The notes beneath the pieces were generated by a model. It did not search any database, had not been told where the DNA came from, and saw only the letters and a list, made by a program, of their open reading frames with translations. From positions 64,001-128,000 of the forward strand of contig CAWJJC010000020.1 of assembly GCA_963843145.1 (NCBI GenBank): 64,000 bases of DNA. Reading direction: 5' to 3'. Position 1 is the first letter of the stretch. Each line of letters opens with the position of its first letter. The position numbers and the translations under genes were made by a program. The stretch is from an uncultured delta proteobacterium (GTDB lineage Bacteria; Desulfobacterota; RBG-13-43-22). This document shows, piece after piece, positions 38,917 through 48,946 of this stretch.

Positions 38917-40056
38917 TCATATAATACCCATCCCCTTCAACACCGAAAGCATGACCGCCGCGGCCATGACCGAACCGACCTGGCCGCCGGCGTTGGCGCC
39001 CATGGCGTGCATCAGCAGGTAATTTCTCTTGTTGTATTTGAATCCTTCTTTTTGGACCACCCGGGCCGACATGGGGAAGGCGGAAATTCCGGCTGCCCCG
39101 ATCAAGGGATTCACCTTGCCGCCGGTCAAAATCATCAAGGCCTTTCCAAAAAGGACCCCGCAGGCCGTGTCCAGGCAAATGGCCAACAGACCCAGGGCCA
39201 GGATAATTAAGGTTTGGGACTTGACGAATTCCGGCCCACTCATGGTGGCCCCGATGGAAATACCCAGGAGTAAAGTAACAATATTCGAGATTTCATTTTC
39301 CGAGGCCTTGGTCAACCGGCTGACCGCCCCGGATTCCTTCATCAGGTTCCCCAGCATGATGGTGGCCAAAAGGGGCAAGCCTTTGGGGGCAATAAAGCCC
39401 CCCACTATGGTAATGACGACTGGAAAGAGGATTCGGGTTGTTTTGGAAACGGTCTTTTTATGGGTTTTCATAACAATCTGCCGCTCTTTTTCGGTGGTCA
39501 GCATTCTCATAATCGGCGGCTGAAGCACAGGAACCAGGGACATATAAGAATAGGCCGCCACCGAAACCGCCCCCAGCAAATGAGGGGCATATTGGGAGGC
39601 GACATAAATAACCGTAGGCCCGTCACAGGCTCCGATGATCCCGATGGTCACCGCATCCAGCTTACTGAAACCCAGGGCCAAAGCCAGCAGCAGGGTCAAA
39701 AAAATCCCGCATTGACCGGCGGCCCCCAGGAGAAAAGTATAGGGATTCTCCAAAACGGGTCCGAAATCGGTCATGGCGCCAATACCCACGAAAATAAGCA
39801 AAGGAAATAATTCCGTGATAACGCCGGCATCATAAATAATCCGCAGGAATCCGTCCTTAGCCATCAGATCCGCCAGGGGAATGTTGACGATGATGGCCCC
39901 AAATCCGATGGGCAGCAAAAGTAAGGGTTCAAAATCCTTTTTTATTCCCAAATAAAGGAGAAGACAACCCACGGCGATCATGACCAGGTTAGACCACTGG
40001 AGATGAACAAACCCGGCTATGAGCCCGGACAATCCACTCAAAATGGCTTCGAGCAT
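38917..40056 (-). CDS. oadB: Na+-translocating decarboxylase beta subunit (copy 2)
   Basis: FEPLLLLPIGFG, GAMTDFGP, GACDGPT, AAYSYMSLVP, GISAFPMSAR, HAMGAN. Confidence 0.93.
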   Translation of the reverse strand: MLEAILSGLSGLIAGFVHLQWSNLVMIAVGCLLLYLGIKKDFEPLLLLPIGFGAIIVNIPLADLMAKDGFLRIIYDAGVITELFPLLIFVGIGAMTDFGPVLENPYTFLLGAAGQCGIFLTLLLALALGFSKLDAVTIGIIGACDGPTVIYVASQYAPHLLGAVSVAAYSYMSLVPVLQPPIMRMLTTEKERQIVMKTHKKTVSKTTRILFPVVITIVGGFIAPKGLPLLATIMLGNLMKESGAVSRLTKASENEISNIVTLLLGISIGATMSGPEFVKSQTLIILALGLLAICLDTACGVLFGKALMILTGGKVNPLIGAAGISAFPMSARVVQKEGFKYNKRNYLLMHAMGANAGGQVGSVMAAAVMLSVLKGMGII

Positions 40057-40190
40057 TATTCTGCTTCCCCCTCTTTAACAGGAAAAATTCTCTTTAAAAC
40101 CCCCATCAGCGTGCTCATAATCATTAGGGTAAGCAACGTGCCTCCCATACCGACGATGAGCATGCTCAGCCCAAAGGTCCAGTTATCCAT
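40056..40190 (-). CDS. oadG: Decarboxylase gamma-like small membrane subunit (44 aa)
   Basis: GGAGG RBS; MDNWTFGLSMLIVGMGGTLLTL single TM; stop overlaps the oadB start. Confidence 0.8.
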   Translation of the reverse strand: MDNWTFGLSMLIVGMGGTLLTLMIMSTLMGVLKRIFPVKEGEAE

Positions 40191-40268
40191 AAAGCCTCCA
40201 TTTATCCCGGGCGGTTAAAGCCCGTTGATTTTTACCAACCCGTTGAGGATAGCGATTTCCCTATCCCT

Positions 40269-40454
40269 TTAGACAGGGTGGGCCGCTACCTCGTCGAGGT
40301 CTTCCGCCAGGTTCCGCCATTTCTCCCCGGAGGACTTCAGGTCCAGGAGGATCCGCTCCTTATCGACAAAGGCGTACTGCCTTTCCCGGGCTACGGCCCG
40401 GCCGATTTCCCGGCCGCCGCTGCGGTACTCCCTGGAAATGGATAAGATAGCCAT
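40269..40454 (-). pseudogene. Cytidylate kinase-like family, N-terminal 61 aa only
   Basis: MAILSISREYRSGGREIG..VA...Y.FVD P-loop-like start, truncated. Confidence 0.7.
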
Positions 40455-40460
40455 GCCGGA

Positions 40461-41216
40461 TTACTCCTTTTTTTCGATAGCCCGCGATGGCCGGGCCGGA
40501 GAGGCCTGATAGTCCCTTTCTTCCCTGGATATTTTAAATCGGAGCCAGAGTTTGCCGGCCGCCAGCACCCCGACCAGAAAAAAAACCTCGACCCCGTACT
40601 GCACCCACGGGGGGGGATGGAGCAGTCCGACCACGTAAGGGTCGGTGATCATCATCTCTCCGCCGACCCGCCCCAAGACGGCCGCGCCGATATAAAGGAT
40701 GACCGGGTATTTATCCATCAACATGGCCAGCAGGCTGCTGGTGAAGACGACGAAGGGGATGCTCAGGGCCAGGCCGAAGATCAGCAGAAAGAGGTTGCCC
40801 TGGGAGGCGCCGGCGACCGCCAGGACATTGTCGGTGGACATGGTGATATCGGCGATGATGATGACCCAGACGGCCTGCCAGAGGGTTTTGGCTTCCCTTT
40901 TTACCTCTTCGTCCGGGGCTCCCTCCACGAAAAGCTTGACGGCAATCCAGATGATGACCGCCCCGCCGAAAAATTTAATAAAATTGATCTGCAGCAACTG
41001 GGCGGCAAAAAAAGTCAGCGTTACCCGAAGGATGACCGCCGCGCCGGCCCCGAAAGCGATTCCCCGGGTCCTTTGCTTGCGCGGCAGAGAGCGCACCGCC
41101 ATGGCGATGACCACGGCATTGTCTCCGGCCAGGATCAGGTCGATAAGCACGATGCTCAAAAGACCGGCGACGAACTCCCAGTTAAAGTGTATCTGGCCTA
41201 AGACCCCCAGGTCCAT
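40461..41216 (-). CDS. TerC family (YjbE-type) membrane protein
   Basis: IDLILAGDNAVVIAMA, ADITMSTDNVLAVAG, FGLALSIP. Confidence 0.92.
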   Translation of the reverse strand: MDLGVLGQIHFNWEFVAGLLSIVLIDLILAGDNAVVIAMAVRSLPRKQRTRGIAFGAGAAVILRVTLTFFAAQLLQINFIKFFGGAVIIWIAVKLFVEGAPDEEVKREAKTLWQAVWVIIIADITMSTDNVLAVAGASQGNLFLLIFGLALSIPFVVFTSSLLAMLMDKYPVILYIGAAVLGRVGGEMMITDPYVVGLLHPPPWVQYGVEVFFLVGVLAAGKLWLRFKISREERDYQASPARPSRAIEKKE

Positions 41217-41240
41217 GAATTACCGGGGACCTTCTTTAAA

Positions 41241-41399
41241 CTACTTGGCGCCTTTGGCCGGCGGCTGATCCGAGACGAACCGACTGATGATAAAACTCGA
41301 CAGCCGGATGCCGATCTGCATAACGGCCAGCACAATAAAAACCCCCACAAAGCGGATAAACAGGGAACTAAGCGCAAAACTCCAATTGACCGGTTCCAT
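41241..41399 (-). CDS. oadG: Second OadG-like small membrane protein (52 aa)
   Basis: AGGAGG RBS; MEPVNWSFALSSLFIRFVGVFIVLAV single TM, directly after oadB. Confidence 0.7.
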   Translation of the reverse strand: MEPVNWSFALSSLFIRFVGVFIVLAVMQIGIRLSSFIISRFVSDQPPAKGAK

Positions 41400-41408
41400 G
41401 GCGCCTCC

Positions 41409-42560
41409 TTATTTGAACATGGCAATGAACATGCCCGCGGCCGCCGCGGTCCCGATGACGCCGGCCAGATTGGGTCCCATGGCATGCATAAGCAGGTAAT
41501 TTCTCTTGTTGTATTTCAACCCTTCCACCTGGGAAACCCGGGCCGCCATGGGCACGGCCGAAACCCCGGCCGAGCCGATCAGGGGGTTCATTTTGTTTTC
41601 CGACTTCAGAAACCAGTTGATGATCTGGACCGTCCAGATGCCGCCGGCGGTGCAAAAGGCAAAATCCACTATGCCCAGGCTAAGTATCATCAGGGGTTTG
41701 GGATTCAAAAATTTATCGGCCTGCATGGTGGCCCCCACGGAAAGCCCCAGGAAGATGGTGACGATATTCATCAGCGCCCCCTGAGCGGTCTCGGTCAACC
41801 GGCCCACCACCCCGCATTCCTTCATCAGGTTGCCGAACATGAACATGCCCATGAGGGGGATGACGGCCGGTATCAGCAGGGCGATGATCGTGGCGGCGAT
41901 CAAAGGAAAAAGGATTTTTTCGGTCCGGGAAACTTTGCGCAGGTTTTGCATGACGATCTTCCGCTCTTTTTCGGTAGTCAACAAGCGCATGATGGGGGGT
42001 TGAATCAGAGGAACCAGGGCCATATAAGAATAAGCCGCCAGGGCGTTGGCCCCCAGGAGGTGCGGCGCCAGGGCCTGGGTCAGATAAATGGTGGTCGGTC
42101 CGTCGGCCCCCCCGATGATCCCTATGGACCCGGCTTCCTTGAGGGTGAAGCCCAAAAGCAGGCTTCCGATAAAGGTGAAGAAAACGCCCAACTGGGCCCC
42201 GGCCCCGACCAGCAAGGTTTTGGGGTTGGCAATCAGGGGTTCAAAATCGGTCATGGCCCCCAGGCCCAGGAAGATGACGCAGGGGATCACCTCCCAGGCA
42301 ATCCCATAGTGGTAAAAAACCTGGAGCAGCTCCGGGACGCCGTCCTCGGAAAAGCCCATCAAAGGGGTTAGAGGAAAATTGACAATAAAAATGCCGAAGC
42401 CGATGGGAACCAGGAGCAGCGGCTCGAATTTTTTGGCGATGGCCAGGTAGAGAAAGAAAAATCCGATCAGCCACATGACCGGATGACCCCAGGTCAGGTT
42501 CATAAATCCGGTCGTGTGTAGGATCCCGAAAAAAACTTTTAAAAACTCATCATAGCTCAT
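41409..42560 (-). CDS. oadB: Na+-translocating decarboxylase beta subunit (copy 1)
   Basis: [51 protein letters not shown]. Confidence 0.93.
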   Translation of the reverse strand: MSYDEFLKVFFGILHTTGFMNLTWGHPVMWLIGFFFLYLAIAKKFEPLLLVPIGFGIFIVNFPLTPLMGFSEDGVPELLQVFYHYGIAWEVIPCVIFLGLGAMTDFEPLIANPKTLLVGAGAQLGVFFTFIGSLLLGFTLKEAGSIGIIGGADGPTTIYLTQALAPHLLGANALAAYSYMALVPLIQPPIMRLLTTEKERKIVMQNLRKVSRTEKILFPLIAATIIALLIPAVIPLMGMFMFGNLMKECGVVGRLTETAQGALMNIVTIFLGLSVGATMQADKFLNPKPLMILSLGIVDFAFCTAGGIWTVQIINWFLKSENKMNPLIGSAGVSAVPMAARVSQVEGLKYNKRNYLLMHAMGPNLAGVIGTAAAAGMFIAMFK

Positions 42561-42564
42561 ACCT

Positions 42565-42996
42565 TTATTCTCCTTGTTCTCCTTTGGCCACCAGGCGAAG
42601 GCGGTCGGAAATAACGGAAGAAATCCGTTGCATCACCTTGAAACCGATGGAAGCCTCGGCGGTTACGATCTCTAGAAATTCCAGGGAGGGGACCACCAGA
42701 AACCGGCAGTCCTCCAGGCACCTCATGGAACCCAGGTAACGATAGGGGCTTACCAAGGCGGACCAGCCGGCCAGGGAACCCGGCTTATCCATCACGATTT
42801 CCCGGCCGTTGGGGAAGGTGAGGCTCACGGACCCTTTTTCCAGCAGATAAAACCGTTCCGCCGGTTCCCGGCTTAAGATAACCGTATCTCCTTTTTTAAA
42901 ATCTTCCAGGGTACAGACGACGGCGATCTTATCAAGCTCTTCATAGGTCAGGTCCTGAAATATCTCGGTATCTTTGAGACGATCGGAATTAACCAT
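42565..42996 (-). CDS. Stand-alone cyclic-nucleotide-binding domain protein
   Basis: IFQDL..EEL..I...FKKGD.V...FYLLEKGSV...GWSALV. Confidence 0.88.
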   Translation of the reverse strand: MVNSDRLKDTEIFQDLTYEELDKIAVVCTLEDFKKGDTVILSREPAERFYLLEKGSVSLTFPNGREIVMDKPGSLAGWSALVSPYRYLGSMRCLEDCRFLVVPSLEFLEIVTAEASIGFKVMQRISSVISDRLRLVAKGEQGE

Positions 42997-43076
42997 TCTT
43001 CCTCCTTCTAGATTTTTAAATTAAATAGGTTAAAGAAACCCTGTCTAACTATTACTTAAACCTGAAAGGTATTACA

Positions 43077-43108
43077 ATAGCTATTTCCCTGTCAAGTGAA
43101 ATAGCTAT
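43077..43108. promoter_or_regulatory. Inverted-repeat operator overlapping a TTGACA -35 on the minus strand
   Basis: atagctatttc-N10-gaaatagctat; the spacer contains tgtcaa. Confidence 0.55.
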
Positions 43109-43218
43109 AAATTAGTTATATTATAGTTGTATCTCCTCCCGGGGGAAAACAGGACGACCCCAACAAAATAACTTGCCCTAAATGCAAAAAAAAAGGTAAC
43201 TTAGGCCAACTTAATTCT

Positions 43219-45126
43219 ATGATTTCCGATAAACCAACCCCTAATTCCGAAACAGAAGACTCCCCCAAACCAGGATTACTGGTCCTGTCCCTGGGCGCCT
43301 TGGGCGTGGTCTACGGCGATATCGGCACCAGCCCCTTGTACGCCATCCGGGAATGTTTTCATGGGCAACATGCCATTGCCTTGAATTCGGGGAATATCCT
43401 GGGTGTCCTCTCCCTGGTCTTCTGGTCTCTGACGATGGTAGTCACTGTAAAATATGTGGGCTTTATTCTGAAAGCTGATAACCGGGGGGAGGGAGGGGTC
43501 TTCGCCCTGCTGGCGCTGCTGCTGCAGGCCAGGGATAAGATGTCGGCCCGGAGCTACGGCCTGGCCGTGCTGGCCGCCGTCTTCGGGGCAGCCCTGCTCT
43601 ATGGAGACGGCCTGATCACCCCGGCCATTTCGGTGCTTTCGGCCATCGAGGGGCTGGAGGTGGCCACCAAGGCCTCCAAACCCTTTATCATTCCCCTGAC
43701 CTGCATCGTCCTCTTTCTGCTCTTTCTGGTCCAACGCCGCGGGACGGGGGACATCGGCCGTTTCTTCGGTTTAATCATGATCGTCTGGTTCTTGACCCTG
43801 GGAACCCTGGGGCTTGTTGAAATCGTCCAGAGCCCGGGGGTGGTGTCCTCCTTAAACCCCTGGCTAGCCGTGGAATTCTTTCAGGCCAATCATCTGCACG
43901 GCATGGTGGTCTTGGGTTCAGTCGTGCTTTGCATTACCGGCGGGGAGGCCCTCTATGCCGATATGGGCCATTTCAGCCCCCGGGCCATCAAGATTTCCTG
44001 GCTGGGCCTGGCCTACCCGGCCCTGCTGCTCAATTATTTCGGTCAGGGCGCCCTGCTGCTTTCCCACCCGGAGGAATCCTTTCACCCCTTCTATGGCCTG
44101 GTCCCCAAGATGCTCCTCTACCCGGCCGTGATGCTTTCGACTGTCGCCACAATCATTGCCTCGCAGGCGATGATCTCGGGGGTCTTCTCCCTCTCTCAGC
44201 AGGCCGTCCAGCTCGGGTATCTGCCCCGGCTACGGGTCCTGCACACTTCGGCCGGGCATCGGGGCCAGATATACCTTCCCGGGGTCAACTGGGTCATGAT
44301 GGTCGGCTGCATCGGGCTGGTGCTGGCCTTCCAGGAGTCCACCAACCTGGCCGGTGCTTACGGCATTGCCGTGACCGCCACGATGGGCATTACCTCGATC
44401 ATTTACTACTTGGTCGTCACCCGGCTCTGGAATTGGCCGGTCTGGAAGGCCGGCCTGCTGGTCGGTTTGTTTCTATTCTTTGACGTCAGCTACCTGAGCG
44501 CCAACCTGCTGAAGCTTCTTGACGGCGGCTGGTTCACCATCGGGGTCGCCGTCCTGATCACCCTCAGCATGACCACCTGGCGGGAGGGCCGTAAGTCCTT
44601 AGCTGAAATGTTGACTCCCCGCCTGACCATGGATCTTTTTTTGAAGGACATCGAGCAAAAAAATCCCTACCGGATTCCCGGGACGGCCGTTTTCATGTCC
44701 GTGAATCCCAAAGGGGTTCCGGTGGCCCTGCTGCATCATTACAAGCACCATAAGGTGCTGTTTGAGCAGGTGATCCTGTTGTCCATCGTGACCCAGGACC
44801 AACCTCGCATCGATCCTAAGGAACGCCTGATGTTGGAAGAATTCGGCCAGGGGTTTTATCGAATCACCGCCCATTACGGGTTCATGGAAACCCCCCGGGT
44901 CCCGGAGATCATGGCCCTGGCCGGCAGACTGGGGGTTAAAACCCAAATGGCCGAGACCACTTTTTTCTTGGGGCGGGAATCCCTGTTTACTTCCGGAAAA
45001 TCCAGAATGGCCCATTGGCGCAAGGTCCTGTTTTCCATGATGTCCCGCAACGCCATGAATCCCACCAATTATTTTGAGATACCCCCGGGTCGAGTCATCG
45101 AGATCGGGGCACAAATTCAGCTCTAA
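43219..45126 (+). CDS. kup: Potassium transporter Kup
   Basis: GVVYGDIGTSPLY, DGLITPAISVLSA, GGEALYADMGHF, YGFME. Confidence 0.97.
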   Translation: MISDKPTPNSETEDSPKPGLLVLSLGALGVVYGDIGTSPLYAIRECFHGQHAIALNSGNILGVLSLVFWSLTMVVTVKYVGFILKADNRGEGGVFALLALLLQARDKMSARSYGLAVLAAVFGAALLYGDGLITPAISVLSAIEGLEVATKASKPFIIPLTCIVLFLLFLVQRRGTGDIGRFFGLIMIVWFLTLGTLGLVEIVQSPGVVSSLNPWLAVEFFQANHLHGMVVLGSVVLCITGGEALYADMGHFSPRAIKISWLGLAYPALLLNYFGQGALLLSHPEESFHPFYGLVPKMLLYPAVMLSTVATIIASQAMISGVFSLSQQAVQLGYLPRLRVLHTSAGHRGQIYLPGVNWVMMVGCIGLVLAFQESTNLAGAYGIAVTATMGITSIIYYLVVTRLWNWPVWKAGLLVGLFLFFDVSYLSANLLKLLDGGWFTIGVAVLITLSMTTWREGRKSLAEMLTPRLTMDLFLKDIEQKNPYRIPGTAVFMSVNPKGVPVALLHHYKHHKVLFEQVILLSIVTQDQPRIDPKERLMLEEFGQGFYRITAHYGFMETPRVPEIMALAGRLGVKTQMAETTFFLGRESLFTSGKSRMAHWRKVLFSMMSRNAMNPTNYFEIPPGRVIEIGAQIQL

Positions 45127-45170
45127 GGAAAAAGACCAAACCGACCGAATAGAAAAGCCGGGTACTATGA

Positions 45171-46574
45171 TTGATCGAGGGACGGGTGACGTTGTTCAGT
45201 TCTAATGCTCTCCGTAAAAAAATTCGCAAGCTGGAAGGTGGGACCATCTTTATTTTCAGCTACCTGCTGGCGATCGGCCTGGGCGGATTCCTGCTCTGGC
45301 TCCCCTTTTCCAGTCCCGGAAGAGAGATTTCCTTTCTGGACGCCTTGTTCACTTCGACGTCGGCCCTCTGCGTCACCGGGCTGACCGTGGTGGACACCGG
45401 GACCACCTACAGCCTAATGGGTCAGATCATCATCCTGATGTTGATCCAGGCCGGAGGATTGGGGATCACGACCTTCTCCGTCTGGCTGTTCCTCAGCCTG
45501 GGACGGGAGATCGGCTTTAAGAGCCGCCTGTTCATGCAGTCCTCTTTCAGCCCCCGTCCGACCGATGAACTGCGGGAATTGCTGCGGCTGATTTTTTTAT
45601 TTACCTTCCTGGTCGAGGCAGGAGGCGCCCTGATTTTGCTGGTTTATTGGGGGCATTATTTCCCCTTTCAGCGGGCCCTCTATTTATCGGTGTTCCACAG
45701 CGTTTCGGCTTTCTGCAACGCCGGGTTTTCCTTGTTCCCCGATAACCTGATAAAATTTCAAGGAAGCTTTACCGTCAGCCTGACCGTCGCCGGGCTGATC
45801 ATCCTGGGAGGGATCGGTTTTCCGGTGGCCTACGAGATCCTGGGAATCATGAAAAAGAAGAGGCAGGGAGTTCGGTTCAAACTCTCCCTGCACTCCCGGC
45901 TGGTTTTGCTGACCAGCCTGCTGCTGATCATCGGCGGAACGCTGGTCCTGTATGTTACCGAATACGATGATTCCCTGGCTTTTATTCCGATACACCGGGG
46001 GCTGCTGGTCGCTTTTTTTCAGTCCGTAACCGCCCGCACGGCCGGGTTCAATACCATTGATCTGGCGACTTTGACCAATCCCTCACTGCTGGTCCTCATC
46101 ATTCTAATGTTTATCGGTGCTTCGCCCGGGTCCTGTGGCGGAGGCATACGAACCACCACCTTCGCCCTTTTAGGAGGACTCTTGTGGAATCGGTTAAAGG
46201 GAAGAAGCCGAGTCCACCTTTTTCACCGGACCGTTCCGGAGGAAGTGGTGTCTCGGGCGGTGGCTTTGTTCGCCGTGGCCTGCGGGCTGGTTTTAACCTT
46301 GACCACGCTGATCCTGATGGTGGAAAGCGGAAACTTTCCTTATCCGGTGGCCAAAGGGGAATTGATGGAGGTACTGTTTGAGGTGGTATCCGCCTTCGGG
46401 ACGGTGGGCTTATCTCTTGGCCTGACCCCTCATCTCGAGTCGGCTAGCAAGGCGCTAATCATCATCACCATGTACCTGGGGAGGGTGGGCATACTCAGTT
46501 TAGGTTACTCCATTGCCAAAAGGGAGGAGCGCCATCCCGTTCTATACAGCGAGGAAGGCGTGATGACCGGGTAG
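45171..46574 (+). CDS. trkH: Trk/Ktr potassium uptake membrane subunit
   Basis: SALCVTGL, SAFCNAGF, RTAGFNT, SAFGTVGLS pore motifs. Confidence 0.93.
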   Translation: MIEGRVTLFSSNALRKKIRKLEGGTIFIFSYLLAIGLGGFLLWLPFSSPGREISFLDALFTSTSALCVTGLTVVDTGTTYSLMGQIIILMLIQAGGLGITTFSVWLFLSLGREIGFKSRLFMQSSFSPRPTDELRELLRLIFLFTFLVEAGGALILLVYWGHYFPFQRALYLSVFHSVSAFCNAGFSLFPDNLIKFQGSFTVSLTVAGLIILGGIGFPVAYEILGIMKKKRQGVRFKLSLHSRLVLLTSLLLIIGGTLVLYVTEYDDSLAFIPIHRGLLVAFFQSVTARTAGFNTIDLATLTNPSLLVLIILMFIGASPGSCGGGIRTTTFALLGGLLWNRLKGRSRVHLFHRTVPEEVVSRAVALFAVACGLVLTLTTLILMVESGNFPYPVAKGELMEVLFEVVSAFGTVGLSLGLTPHLESASKALIIITMYLGRVGILSLGYSIAKREERHPVLYSEEGVMTG

Positions 46575-46583
46575 GGGGAATAC

Positions 46584-47243
46584 GTGAAACGATACATCGT
46601 CATTGGATTGGGAAATTTTGGCTTCTATGTGGCCAAGACGCTCTATGAGGACGGCCACGAGGTCCTGGCCATCGATCGCAACCGGGACCGGATTGCCCGC
46701 ATCCAGGATCTGGTCAGCGAGGCCATGATCCTCGATGCCATCCACCGGGAATCCCTCAAAGGATTGGGGGTCGCCGCGGCCGAGGCCGTAGTAGTGAGCA
46801 TGGGAGACGACATCAGCAACTCCATTTTGACCACCCTTTATTTGAAAGAGCTGGGGGCCCGGAAAATCGTGGTCAAGTGCCAGGATGAGGACCACGGACG
46901 GATCCTGGAAAAACTTGGGGCCAATGAGATCATCTTCCCCGAAAAGGCCATGGGCCTGAAGGTGGGCAAGGGGCTCTCCCGAGGGAATATCCTGGACTTC
47001 ATTCCTTTGTCTGAAGACTACACGATTATCGAGACCGCCGCGCCCAAAGAATTTTTGGGTAAATCGTTAAAGGAGTTAAAACTAAAAACCATCTACCAGG
47101 TCTACATCATCGCCGTCAATCAATTGATTCCCCCGGCCTTCATCCTCTCCCCCCCCGGAGATTTTGTCATCAAGGACTCGGATGGCCTGGTGCTGCTGGG
47201 AAGAGAAAAAGATATCCAGCGAATCAATGGCCTGGTCACCTAA
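46584..47243 (+). CDS. trkA: Trk/Ktr NAD-binding RCK subunit
   Basis: VIGLGNFG, IFPEK, C-terminal RCK_C. Confidence 0.92.
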   Translation: MKRYIVIGLGNFGFYVAKTLYEDGHEVLAIDRNRDRIARIQDLVSEAMILDAIHRESLKGLGVAAAEAVVVSMGDDISNSILTTLYLKELGARKIVVKCQDEDHGRILEKLGANEIIFPEKAMGLKVGKGLSRGNILDFIPLSEDYTIIETAAPKEFLGKSLKELKLKTIYQVYIIAVNQLIPPAFILSPPGDFVIKDSDGLVLLGREKDIQRINGLVT

Positions 47244-47271
47244 TTTGTATGCGAATAAAATCCAAACCCCC

Positions 47272-47312
47272 TGTCAAGGCGACCCCGGACTTGATCCGGG
47301 GGAAACAATCTC
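47272..47312. repeat. REP-like palindrome
   Basis: ccccggacttgatccgggg hairpin within tgtca..gcga / aaacaatctc arms. Confidence 0.5.
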
Positions 47313-47350
47313 CCGGTGGAACTTAGGAAAGGGTAGAGGTTTAATCGGCA

Positions 47351-47872
47351 GTGAAAATATTGGACATTGGCTGTGGGAATAGAAAGATGGCGGGGGCCGT
47401 GGGGATTGACCTCAGCCCGGATTGCCAAGCCGATATCATTCACGATCTGAATTGCTTTCCTTATCCTTTGCCAGCCAATGAATTTGATCGAATTTACTGT
47501 CTGGATGTACTGGAACACCTACAGGACGTTATCAGGACCATGGAGGAAATTCACCGCTTGGCCCGGAAAGGGGCCGGGGTATTCATTCGGGTCCCCCATT
47601 TTACCAGCACCCTGGCCTATGGGGATCCTACCCACCGGCATTTTTTTAATACCCAGTCCCTGGATTATTTTTGTGGCGGATTCAAGGAATATGATTTTTA
47701 TTCTAAGGTTGCCTTTAAAAAAAATAGGGTGCGCCTGAATTTCTGGAAAATCCATCGCCTCAGTGGGATCTCCCTTTTAGCCAATCGCTTTCCGCTCTAT
47801 TATGAAAAACTTTTTGCCTTTATTTTTCCGGCCATGAATATTGAATTTGAACTGGAAGTCATTAAAGAATGA
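47351..47872 (+). CDS. Class I SAM-dependent methyltransferase-like protein
   Basis: LDIGCG, DVLEHL, DPTH. Confidence 0.85.
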   Translation: MKILDIGCGNRKMAGAVGIDLSPDCQADIIHDLNCFPYPLPANEFDRIYCLDVLEHLQDVIRTMEEIHRLARKGAGVFIRVPHFTSTLAYGDPTHRHFFNTQSLDYFCGGFKEYDFYSKVAFKKNRVRLNFWKIHRLSGISLLANRFPLYYEKLFAFIFPAMNIEFELEVIKE

Positions 47873-48065
47873 TTTTTTGCCTAGCCGTCATCAGATAGCG
47901 ATCGAGATACATGAATTACGACTGGATATTCATACAGCCCGGTTCAATTCATCTGGCCATAAAACAACTTTTTAAATTAAATCAACAGGTTTAAAAGCGA
48001 CTGACGGCTGGCATGAGGATTGCTTCCCTACCTTCCATATCAATTCAGGGAAGGGAGACAGTGAT

Positions 48066-48863
48066 ATGAAACGGTTAGCTTTGTTGTTATTGGGGGTGCT
48101 TTTTATTTGGGGGTGCGCCGGGGAGCCGAAAATGCTGCCCATGCGGGATACCGGTCTGGATCCGGCCGGACCGGAAAAAGGGATGAAGACGGTTGAGTTC
48201 CCCAAGGGAACCTGGACCGGTACAGCCTCCACCGAACAGGCCGGCGTCCTGGCCGTGACATTTGTTAATTCCCACAATATGGCCATGCGGGAATTTGACC
48301 AGGTGAAGGATAACCAGGAAAAGATTAAGGGGTCCCTGCAAAACTTGAAGGAGGCCGCTCAGAGACTGGAGGAGTCCAACCAGAAGATCCTGGCCTCAGC
48401 CCAAAAGAATCAGGATTCGGCCGAGAAGAGCCTGATGCGCATCGAAAAGTTGTCGAAAGAGCAGGGGACCGGCGAAATTACCTTGTTCTACCCCACCGGG
48501 TCCGGAAAAATTGCCGAAGGGTCCCTGGAATACCGTCGACTGGTCGAATTTGTGGATTACCTCTCCCGAGAGAGCCGCGGCCGGAAGGTGCTGTTTGTCA
48601 ACATCGGCAGCGCCTCGACGACCGGCCATAAGAGAACAAATATGAAGCTGGCCAAAGCCCGTTCGGAATTTCCCCTTCAAGTCATCGATAAATATTTGGT
48701 CAATGTACCCCACGAGTATTATAAAGTCTATGGAGTGGGAGACCAATACAGCCCCAAAAAAGCAACCAGGAAAGAACACCTGCGCTACCAGCATAACCGG
48801 TTGATCGCCGTTTATGAAACAGATCAGGTGCCGGCAGTCCCGGAAGAACCGATGAAAAAATAA
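48066..48863 (+). CDS. Lipoprotein with a coiled coil and OmpA-like C-terminal domain
   Basis: Lipobox IWGC; GSASTTG...N.KLA.AR resembles the OmpA_C motif. Confidence 0.7.
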   Translation: MKRLALLLLGVLFIWGCAGEPKMLPMRDTGLDPAGPEKGMKTVEFPKGTWTGTASTEQAGVLAVTFVNSHNMAMREFDQVKDNQEKIKGSLQNLKEAAQRLEESNQKILASAQKNQDSAEKSLMRIEKLSKEQGTGEITLFYPTGSGKIAEGSLEYRRLVEFVDYLSRESRGRKVLFVNIGSASTTGHKRTNMKLAKARSEFPLQVIDKYLVNVPHEYYKVYGVGDQYSPKKATRKEHLRYQHNRLIAVYETDQVPAVPEEPMKK

Positions 48864-48891
48864 TTTTTACAAATCGTACGAATCCTATTAT

Positions 48892-48942
48892 AAAAAGGGG
48901 GGCGGTCTGGAAATAAACCGCCTCCTTTTCTTTTGGTTGTTT
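48892..48942 (+). terminator. Rho-independent terminator
   Basis: aaaagggggcggt...accgcctcctttt then a T-rich tail. Confidence 0.65.
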
Positions 48943-48946
48943 TTTT

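Noticed and set aside
43110-43218. c-di-AMP (ydaO) riboswitch upstream of kup/trk
   Set aside because: Conserved ydaO motifs not seen; leader is short and AT-rich.
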